A DNA stretch of 64,000 nucleotides, from contig NMRA01000062.1 in assembly GCA_002633005.1 (NCBI GenBank), positions 335,022 to 399,021 of the forward strand, in the 5' to 3' direction. Position 1 is the first letter of the stretch, and every line of letters starts with the position of its first letter. Origin of the DNA: Phoronis australis. Lineage: Eukaryota; Animalia; Phoronida. Position numbers and translations under genes: made by a program. The notes below the pieces were generated by a model, which ran no database searches, was not told the origin of the DNA, and was given only the letters and a program-made list of their open reading frames with translations. Shown here one piece after another: positions 36,501-48,500 of this stretch.

Positions 36501-39500
36501 TTTGCTACCTCATTTTCGTGCCATTGGAGTTGGCATGTTATTTGTTGCCTAGCTGATTCTTTACGAGTTTTTCTCGGATGCATTACCCCATTCGTCCTTC
36601 TAATGCTAACAAAATATTACTGCTTTGCTTTGGGCTGTGAACTCCGATGCGAGAAAGTTTGATAAAGTGGACAAATACGCGTGGATACGGGATGTGAAAT
36701 TCTTCGCCTTCCCGACATAAATGAGAGACACAAAAATGTGCCAGATTTCCAAAACGAGGTCACGTGTTTTCTTTTATCTTTGGGACAAAGGAGAGTTCTA
36801 CTGCCGTGCAATCCGTGACGGCTATGCAAACACTTCACAAACCGCTGTTCAAAGTGGTCAAAGTGGTCAGTATGACTAGTCCAACTTACATTAGCCACCA
36901 CTACAATCCTAGAAGCAAGTCCTTTCGCAGACGTCCGACACAGTCGCTCCACTTCAGAGTTGGTGTTGGCAAACATGCCATAGAACTGTAACATGCGCAC
37001 AGATTACAGGGATTGACAGAATGGGTGAGAGAGAAACTAAACAATTTGGATATTATACAGTATTCACTGGCTGGGGCTGCCTTACAGAACAAAGAGTGGG
37101 ACCTCTTGCAAAAAAATCAAAATCATCAAAAACAGGGAAATAAATGAAATTTTAATTGCCGAAACTATTCATTCAACAAATGAAACTAAGATTTAAAAAT
37201 ATCTCCAATATATGACTTACAAAATGAACATTCAAATATTACAAGCGATTTTTGTGGGGGTGAGAAGACAAACAAATATTTGTTCTACATGTTTAAAGCT
37301 TAACAATTCATTTACAGAAATATGACTATTTTCTGTGCTATTCTAGTGCTTGTCCTTTCAAACAGATAATTCGATATCACTCCAAGGGCACACAGTGACT
37401 CACGTGATTAAATTCCCAGACCTTAACAGTCTGCAAGCCTTGATACATGAGGCGTCCATCCATCAGCACCTGCATGTTAAGGACCTTCTCGCCACAGTCA
37501 AGCCGCTGGTACTAGATGGACAACACAAACTCTGTTAGATAACATGCAGTCTAATTAGATGTTTCTGTGTATAAGCCCAGGCACAACTGAGTAGATGGTA
37601 TTTACGGAACTTAATACACAGCCAGGACCTAGTTGCATAAAGTTATAGGCTGGATAGCAACAATGACGGTTGCATTTATCACATAGGCCAACTGTTAATG
37701 TTGAACGATTCACTCGACGCGATGTAACAATCAAACTTATTCAGCGTATCAGTTTCAAGGTTTTTTATACAAGCATGGCCTGCAGATGTAGACTTTGGTT
37801 CGGTTGAATTTTCAAGGCCTAAGTGCAACAATACCCAATGCTTCAATTGAAATTGCTGGGATTTGTCCGAAGTAATACTCTATATGGAGTAACACAAGAA
37901 AAGGGAACCATGCACTGAAAGATGGTGAGCAAACAAGATTACGATTAAACATTTAATTTCTTCAGACTTTCGTGTCCAGTTGTTAAAGTGTTTAAAGTTC
38001 AACAATGCAGTCATTTCCAAAATATGCAGTTTTTACATTCCACAATGACTAAAATAGGGAGTAAAGAATGTTGCCATGAACATGCAGGCAGCAGTCATCA
38101 GAGACACCCGCATCTTTGTTCCCTAATGACCACACTAAGGGCAACCAGTCCAGGCACTCTGGTAACTATACCTCCAGTAATCCCAACTGATAACAAGCTT
38201 TCATAGTTGGGAAATGAGATGAAGTGCCCAATCAAATTCACACTGACTTATTACTTTCTAACCACGAGACCGATAATTAAAAGACAAGTTCGGTACCAGC
38301 TCAAACGTGTCCAGCCTCCAGACTTTGACAGTGCCATCTAGTGAGGCGGAGAAGAGTAGTGGGTCGGTACTGTGCAGGTCAAGTGCCGTGACTTGATCGG
38401 AGTGCGCCACGAACTCGTGCTGTTGGTTGAAGAAGACAAGACTCCAGACTTTGATGACGCCATCTTTGGATGCCGTGAGGAAGAAGTCCCGTTGTGGGTA
38501 AAAGGCACAGCTGCAAAATACAAGCGTTGTGTTTACAATCTATTCACGCCATGAAAAGAATCCTACGTTGACATCCTTGCTGATTGAGAGTGGGCAAGTC
38601 GACCGATATGCGTACCTCAAAATTTGCCGGCATTGATCAAAGACACAAAGCTGTTGTTACATCGACTCAAGTTGCTGATGTTATAGTTCTCTAAATAATG
38701 AGACCCATGATTAACACACTGGAGGCGACAATAGAATTTTTAAATTTCCATTTTGAAAGTTTCTGAGTAGGGTATTTGAAAAGTTTCTCAAAAATACACA
38801 TGATTAGGCTTTTGAATTTTGAAAATCGTAGAAGAAATGTGACTTTTACAACCTGAAATGTTTGTTAAATTTAGTCATATTAAGTTCCTTAATTCCGCTG
38901 AGTGTGCAACATAATTGGGCCAATTACCAATCCACAAGGCAGCAGTTGAATTTTAAGGTAAACCAAGTGTCATGGTACAATTCTTGGAATGTGTACTAAA
39001 ACTGTCTTAGTTTATGTAGTTTTAAGTCAACAAAACAATCACCTGTCTGAATACGTACTGCAGTATCTTTCAATGCAAGAGCAAACTTGGTAATATTTTA
39101 ACATATGTCCTGTTTTAAAACCACTCACAATAAAACAATCCAAAACTCTGTTTTCTCTTGCCTGACCAATACTGCTGAGGTAAGTTAGTCAGTCAAAAAA
39201 TATTGCATTTTCCAGACTATTCACCGTAATGGCAGGCTAGCTATTGCTGTGACTGATGTGTCGTTTTGCCAAGAAAAATGGATTGATTTCAATGGATAAT
39301 AAAAAATAAAATGTTTTGAGTCACAAATAGATTTCACAGTTGGGGTAATCGAACTTAATTACAATTTACGCATGACCCAATTGCAAAGCAATTTCATCAC
39401 ATGAATAGATTATTCAGAGAGAGTTTGGATAATTTGAAGAAAATTTGCTAAAGGCAAAAGGCTAATTAGTGTCATCAGGTACTTACGCTGAGAAAGACAT

Positions 39501-42500
39501 GGCGTGTTTGTTTTGGAAATAGTAGGTACAGCGGTTTGTCTTGTAGTTCACAACGTAGACACTACTATCAGTCAGTAGCAGCACCTGCTTGTTGGTGGAG
39601 TCCACTTTCATGTCCATCACCCACTGGACAAAGAGAGAACAAAATTAAATTAATATATGATAGATCAGCTGCTAATGGTTAAAATCCTAATTTTGGTCGA
39701 TAGTTAAATTTTGTGAATTCGTGTTGTGTATCTTAAATTTATTTTCAAGTAACTTTTTTTTTTGTTGAGACAAACTGATGATTAAGCTAGTTAGTTATCA
39801 CTTGAAGACCTCAAAATTATTGCTACAAGTTCAAGAATCTATACTGCTCATCCCCGACACCATTTTATTTTGAAGCCAGAATATCTGGCCCAACTGAAAT
39901 TTCCACACAAACAGCCAAATGCGCGAGTTTGTTTATCCTAAATTTTCAATGAATCTCACTCTAAGTTTTGCAATTTTCTTTGGATTGTGAAAATCTTACA
40001 GGAATCTCATTGGAATCCAGCAAGATTCTCAATTTCCTTTTCTACAAATCTAGGGGGTTACCAAGTGCAGTCTTGCATTATGCACTCACCCATGTAAACC
40101 ACAAGGTGCTTAAGAACAGAATCGGAGACACGGTATTTAGCACAAAACAAGGCGGACAACAGAAATTCCATTTTGTCAAATTTCCCAACAGAAATAAAGA
40201 TCATAGGATAATTTTGGTTAGTTTATTATTGGCATGGTTTGTACCGTGTATATCATTGCTAAACAATATTTAGTAATCTCCATTATTTGCAACAAGAAAA
40301 TAAATGAAGTCTACACAATGGAAAAATGGCAGTCGTTTTTCATGCAAAATAAGTGAAGAACTACCACGTCTCTACCTCACACACAAGAACAGAAATTAAA
40401 ACAAATAATTTTTTCTAGTACGAGTTTGAACTCGAGTTCAAAGATTAGATTTCAGGCCCAAACAGGTATTCTATTAGCCATCAATCATAACTAATATGGT
40501 AAGAATTATCCTATTTGGGATAGTCCCAGATTTTTGGAACATCAAAATTCAAGCTGAAATTGATTTATTTTGTTTCTTAAGAATGGGACATGGGCGATTT
40601 TGATTTTTATCGTATTTCTCAAATATCGGACAGTGCGTTTTGAAACAACAGTATGACACAATAGACTAGGCAGTTCCTAAAATCATCCAAAATAGCTGCC
40701 AATGAATGCAACATTTTCGTGCGTTTCCAAAATCTGTAACAAAGTAGTGATCCTTAATCACAGATCTTAAATTCTTGAATTTAAGATGACCAATATTGCC
40801 TAATGTATTTCTAAAATTTGGTAAAAGCTTGAGCAAATTGATAAATTCCCCGTCCAAAACTATGTAGATGTCCACACAATGACGGTAGACCGGCTGGGGG
40901 GGGGGGGTGATTCTTATCAGATGTTTGATCAGTCATGTTATGACAGCTCATAAGCAACGTATATTTCACAAGTCTGATTAAATGTCATGCGAATGCTATA
41001 TAAGATTTTCCATGACACTAAAATTAAACCAAGCCCGTCCACGAGAGTGGACTAATACTTAACAAGCTTTTTAAGATAAAAAAATCCATTCTATACAACA
41101 AATTGCTGAATATCAGACTACGAATGTTAAATGTAATTTACGAAAATCAAAGCAAACATGGTGTGAACCTACCTCATTCTTTTTAACTTGAAACACAAAC
41201 TTGGAGCCTGGTGTCAAGTAATTGCGGATCTGTAGAGGGGCAACAAAGACAAGAAAATAAATCTTGAAGAAAGCCACGCACCATGACACACTACTTGCTT
41301 GTGAACTTGTCTCGCATTAATTTAAGAATTAATACTTTTAGAAGTTACAATTGAACACAACAAGCTACTTAAGAAGTTCTAACTCCACACACTGCCATCC
41401 ACAGCCTACACTCTAACTCCGCCCACTCCCATCCACAGCCTACACTCTAACTCTACCCACTCCCATCCACAGCCTACACTCTAACTCCGCCCACTCCCAT
41501 CCACAGCCTACACTCTAACTCCACCTACTCCCATCCACAGCCTACACTCTAACTCCACCCACTTCCGTCCACAGCCTACACTCTAACTCCACCGACTTCC
41601 GTCCACAGCCTACACTCTAACTCCACCGACTTCCGTCCACAGCCTACACTCTAACTCCGCCCACTCCCATCCACAGCCTACACTCTAACTCCGCCCACTC
41701 CCATTCATAGCCTACACTCTAACTCCGCCCATTCCCATCCACAGCCTACACTCTAACTCCGCCCACTCCCATTCACAGCCTACACTCCAACTCCACCCAC
41801 TTCCGTCCACACCTTACTTTCTAACTCCAACCATTTCCATCCACAGCCTACACTCTAACTCCACCTACTCCCATCCACAGCATACACTCTAACTCCACCC
41901 ACTTCCGTCCACACCTTACTTTCTAACTCCACCCACTTCCATCCACACCTTACATTGTAACTCCACCCATTTCCATCCACAGCTTCTTTGTAACTCCACC
42001 ACTTTAATCAGCGACATACATTCTAACTCCACCCATTACAACCCACAACACAAATTTCAGTCCAAATCTACATTCTAACTCCCCCATTCCCATCCTTAAC
42101 CTATATTTCATCTTCACCCATTCTCATCCAAAACCAACTACACTCTAATTCCACCTGTAACCTACCTTCTCAATCTTCCAGCTGGTGACCATGCCATTTC
42201 CACCAACTAGTACCTCGTCAATGTCACGAATATAAACTAGGCTGAAAATTTGAATATTGAGTGGTTGGATTACAAAAGCAACAAGTGTACTTCAGAAGTG
42301 ATCCAATGCATAGTCACTGCACAGCAATACGAATATTCATAATAAGACAACCAAAACCACGTGATATGAAAACTATAGGACATCTAGCAGTCAATCCATT
42401 ACAAAAACCTCATATTTGGTTTCAACTCCAGACAACAGCCACAGGTTTCCAATACAAGGCTAGTCCAGATATAAATCTTGTCCATTGTTACCCCTTCCCA

Positions 42501-45500
42501 TGCTCTTTTGATTCGCAGGCCAACTATCTACCATGTCAGTTCAAACAGTTACTAATATAATTCATCGACTTGGACAGACGAATCTATTTTGGCCAATTTT
42601 TATAGTATTTCTTCAGGTAAAAGTGATCCTAACTTAATTTTTTAAATCAATTTCAGAAGACAAACAGTTTGGAAAATCATTTTAGTTGATGATAAAGCAA
42701 CTTTTCTTAGTAAGAATTTTACTGACATGAAACCATTGCTACTAGTGGTAATTGCTCAGCTCCACACAATGGGACCCCAGATCAGATTCCCTGATGAGCA
42801 GACCTCTAAACACGAACAATAATATTGACTACCAGCATTAGGTGCTGTGAACTGGGCCAAGTTTCTAATGATTGACTATTCACAACAAGATTACAATCTG
42901 CATAAACAACAAATTTTGAATTAATATCTGAGTGACACCATTATCGGCAATAACTGCATTGAGTTGAAGGCAGGTCCAAGTGATCACAGCATATCAAGTA
43001 TGACCTACTTGTCAATATGAGCAAAAATCAATCTGAATATCGAGATCAGTCTACCATTAATCAATAAATGATCCTCAGCTGAAAAACACCTTATTACAAT
43101 ACAGTACACTATGCTCACGTTTGGGAAATCTGAGGCAAATATTTTGACAATAAAAAAAGACTGTAGGTGAGAATTTTCACGATACCCTTGAAGCGTGTAA
43201 TAACTTTAGGTTGTGTAAGGCACCAGGAAAATATCCAAAATTGGATAACATTGAAACACTTCCTGGAAATGGCGTTTTCACGCAAAACTACCAACAACGT
43301 GCTACTGCATTTTTACGACTCTACCACTCAAATTGGTGTTACTGTGGAGACATACATTTACAATACGGTTTATCGTATCTTACATCCTATCTTAACAACG
43401 GTACGAAATCTTCCAATTTGAGACAGTCTCTAAAACTTGACATACTGAAATTCAAGTGAACATTGAATTTTGTCTTTTCTGAAAATTGGGAAAAGGGTGG
43501 TTTTGGCGCTGATCATATTTTCTCAAATATTGGATACAGTCTTTTGTATCAACTAAGTCTGAGATACAATCGTCAAAAGTAGCTACCCATGCAATATACA
43601 ACTTTCTCGTGATTCTTGAAATTGAAAATCCAACATTACCCATTTCTACATTTTGGTACGAGCTTCGACTTTGAACAAAATAATTAATTTTCACTGTCCC
43701 AAATTGTAGAATTTTAACTTTTTTAATTCTAGACAAGGCAACAAGAATAAGAATACAACCAGCGATTTCTGAGACGTGAAGTTCAAAATTTAGCCAAATT
43801 TGGACATATTTAATGACGGGATGGGTCCTAACAAAGCTCCAATCCTTATCCACTCACCAGAAGACTGTGGTAGGAATTTCCACCTTGTGATATTCCACAA
43901 AGTTATTCTGGACGTCACCAAACAGCCTCAGGCTCATGTCTTTACAGATGGCCACGAATTTCTGCAAAATGTACACTGCACACATCAGACAGAACAATGC
44001 GATGCACCAAACACTTCTCAAGAAAATGAGGAAAAGAAAATATTGATGAGGGATTCCAAAAATTACAAATTGAACATGTACACTTGAGGAGCAAGTTTTT
44101 GCATGGTTGTTAACTACTATAAAGATCAGGTGAAACCCTGTACCTCCAGAAATAATCTTTTACCTACTCATACCTGATATCTTAGTCGCTGGTCACAAAC
44201 AATTTTGCCGCCGTAGTCCAACTTACCAGATTATTAATTTTTGCAAAATATTGTGAGACTGCTCCCAGTATTTTGTACAAAACACTCACCAATTGACACA
44301 GTATGGCAAACACGTGAAATTTTATTTTCTCATGTTTCTCAATGAAAGATTATTATGCAGCAACACAATTTAATGCATTTCAATTTTCAAGGTCTCTACC
44401 ACAGCCACTAGAAAATATTGTGGGCATTACAATGTTAGAATCCCTTGAAAATGAAAAATTTTGGCAATCACGTCCTCTGTAATTGAGGCGCTTTTACCGT
44501 ATAACTTGAAAGAAATCCGTGTTGTATCACAAATAATCCTAGACTTGTTTCATCATACTCACACATTTCACGGGTATGTAGACAAACTTGATAAACTGAG
44601 CCTTCACACCTGACACTCTGAAACGGCAAAAAGCAATTCTGAGCTGGAGGATTCCCTGCATCAAATGGATTTATGGGTACGTGACGGGACAAAATGTGAT
44701 ACCAGACTCTAGTGATGACTGGATTAATCCACTTAGGGCTTGGAAGAGGAACCAGTCCCAATAGAGACTTAGAATTTTGCAGACAGTTGTAAATCTTTGG
44801 TGTCCTTCACACAGAATAGGCTGTTTGGAATTGACTGGTGTTTATTACTGAGGACTCAGGCTAGTAAATATAGCTCTTTTTGAACACTGTTCTTATACTC
44901 ATACCACTGTCTCACTCCAAGTTGGCCTGTGCAAGTAAACACAGCTTAAGAAAGGGTTTGTGGTCCAGGCTGAGAAGATAATTGCTTTATTACCCCCATG
45001 TGTTTTGAACAGCCCAGCCAGAATGACCTGGTGATGGGAGACAAAACTGCCAATACAGTGAGATAGAGTGACAAACATTTTGTGCAAAATCTGACAAACA
45101 TGGTTAAAATCTATTCTCAACTTCTGAGTTAAAGTCTAGCTACAATCACACACGCACACAATAGAGACAACAACATAACCATCTTAAAGCGTTTCACCTG
45201 CCAGAGGCATGAATGACTGCTGACAACTCACTTGGTCAACGTGGTCCCATCACTGATTTTGTCCAGAAGCCATACGTTCATGTCATTAGTATCATAGGAT
45301 GGGAACTGTGCAATGAAGACGGGTCCGCTGTGCGTCTGTACGTACAGTAGGCTACGGATGTTTTGAGGACACCTCAGGCTGTGTATTAGCTGTAACAACA
45401 CCAGCAGTCTTTCCAGCAACACGTATGGCAAAATCTCGTCAATTTGAAACACACTTTAACATCAATTTAACAAGTTTCAATGAACACCAGTCTACAGTTA

Positions 45501-48500
45501 GTCTCACCAGTTTCGGGGCACAATATGGCAGACAACTAGAATTTCGTTTACTCACTTTTTTCATTATGACAGACAACTAGAATTTCAGTGTCTCACTTTT
45601 TTCAATATGGCAGACAATGAGAACTTCATTTTCTCACTTTTTCATTATGGTAGACAACTAGCATTTCATTTTTTCGATTTTTTTCATTATTAGCAGACAA
45701 CTAGTCTAGAATTTTTGTTTTCTTACATATTTCATTCGCTTATATCTGGACTTTTTCTTAACTTCCAGGAATTCCACCACAACTTTCAAATCATGACTCC
45801 CCGCAGTACTTGTGGCTATCCAATTAATAGTACTGTTAATTTCTTTCATGGTTCCTTAGATGCAGGACCTTGGTAATGACAATGACGTTTTTGACGTTTT
45901 AACAATTTAAGTTTCGGAAATGCTCAGGTAATTGTCCCAGGTTCCTGCATGCCATATGTCGATGGTCTCTCAACTATCTGGGCATATATTCAGTTTTTAC
46001 CTGACTTGTGTAATAGTCCAACTACAAACAGAAAGTGTGCCAGCGATATCTGCTGAGGACCGATTTGAGCACTCACGGTAAAATCTCACCAATTTCGGAC
46101 AATAATTGCCAAAATGGGCCTTTTTCATTTTCAAATGCCTCTAGCCATTGTTGCAAATCATCACAGCCCAGTTAAAAAGTTATATTGAGGCATGTGGAAG
46201 GGACAAAACTGGTCAGTTTAATGTTATGAAGAATGAAAAGCTTATTAAAATAACAAGTATGCGAGCACATTCCACCTCGGAAGGACAGAACAATTCTTAA
46301 TTTGCCGTATTTCAGGACTCTATTTTTTCCAATCGTTGCAAAATTAAAGCAAAACATTCAACAGTCCTCATTATATGAAACAAAGCGTCCCAAGGTAATA
46401 GTCACGCCACCTAAACAGCACTCAATATTCATTAACACAAAGTGAATGTCCTGATCTTCATTCACGATGCTTGAAACTTGCCGGCACTATTCATTTTGGC
46501 CATTTTTGGGTAATGCTACAAATTGAAGACAAATTTTAATTGTGGCTGTGAAGGTATGTCCAACCATGGGCTTATAATTGGCAAATAGGTCCATGGGGCA
46601 ATATTGGGGGGGGAGCTGTTTGTGGAAATTCCGGGTAGTAGGAAGTGGAAAAAGATAATGGCAATTCTTCATTTACTCAGCACGCAATCTGGCCAACAAC
46701 TGAAATTCTATTTTGTCAAATTTCAACGCAAAAATGAAGATGATGAAATTTTAGTCTATTGCTAGCATGGTTTGCATACGACATGAAATAATAGTTCCAA
46801 CAAATTACAAAGAAGAAATGATTACTGGTTGGTTTCGAAAAAATTCAAGGATCGTCTGAACCGCACCATAATTTTTGGGTCCACTCTGTCGTCAAATTTG
46901 TATCTCATTCGAATATGTAACAAACATCATAAATAATTATTAATGCATGTATTGAAGATTATATTCATATAAGTAATAAACATAGATAGTTGGAAATTGC
47001 TAAGGTTATGTTAGGACCTTATTGTACATTTAGTAAAAAAACTAGAGTTTAATTCAGCAAAGTATATACATACTTTTTGTAAGTGGAAATTTCGTAGAAC
47101 TTGGTTTTTGACTTTATACCAATCTGCCACTAATTAGGTCACGCGACTTTTTTTAAGGAAAATTTAGCATAAAAGAAAGGTACATTCAAAGCGAAACAAC
47201 AGGTTTAATAACATAACCAAATTTTATATTCTCATATTCCAGATCAAATCTCAAAAACGCTGTTACAGTTTTCTAAATTATTATGCAAAAGCATAACATT
47301 TTATAAAAATTGTAAACGAAAGAGAATTTGCATCAATAGAACAACATGCGATTTGCTTAAACAAAATTGGCTAAAATTTGCATGCGCTTTGACATAACTC
47401 GAAGGCTATAGGCCCAATTATTGTACAGTTTCTAGAATATATTATTAGAGGCATTCACGATCACTCACAATTACCCTTATTTTCCGTAATATTGTGGAAA
47501 AGATCTCTTCTTAACCCCTCTAGCTGCATGGTCAAGATCAGACAAGCAGGACAAATAGAGACCCTGATTTTCCGCATAATGGAAACGAAAGCAATTCACG
47601 GAATCTACCCTAACTTCTTTCACCAAATCAATGGTTTTGAAGCAAATTCACATGCAATAATTTGTTTGTCCAAACTTGGCTCATCTGTTTTAGCATCATC
47701 ATCACATTTCTCGGGACTACTTCATGAGTATGACCCAGGGACAACAGGCAGATTTAGAGCGTTTGAGAAATAGAGATGGACAATTCTAAATAACTTATGT
47801 TGTGTGCCATTTAACAAGATTTGTATTAGATACTATCCTTATAGCACTATTCTCCAAAACGTTGTTAGGAATTATTTTACAAACATTAAATTTTGTAGGA
47901 AGGGTTACCAAAAATAGGATTGGCATGATTTCATGAAAACGAATCTTTCTAAGCTACATAAAACGAAAACATAACACTTTAGAAAATTGTGACAGTGTTT
48001 TTGAGATCTCATCTTAAACATTTATATCAAATAAACTTTGATCATAGTACTGATACCATTGTTCTATCAATGTACCATTTGGTTTTGCTAAATGTTACTA
48101 AAAAGACATGCGGACACGTGACGGCCCGATTACCAGCAGGTTGGTGAAATGTCAAATTAAATCCTGGTTTCAGAAAATATGTACTTTTCAGGGGCGAATC
48201 CAGGATTTTTAGTTAGGGGGGGGGGGGGGGGGGCCAGGGCAGATTATTAGCCAGGATTCTGCCCGTCAGACATTCACACCCCCGAAGTGCCAAACGGAAT
48301 ATGGCAGAATTTTAGGTGGGCCGGGCTCCCCCCCCTAAATCGGCCACTGCTTTTAGTGATTTAAAATCTACTTTGTAGACATTCCGATAAATAGCCAGAC
48401 TTGTCAATAAACTCTAAGCAGAATGAACCAAAACAATGAGAATCCAATCCACCAGTTAAGGTACACCTGGCAATGTCCAGGAAACAAATAGTGGCTGATT

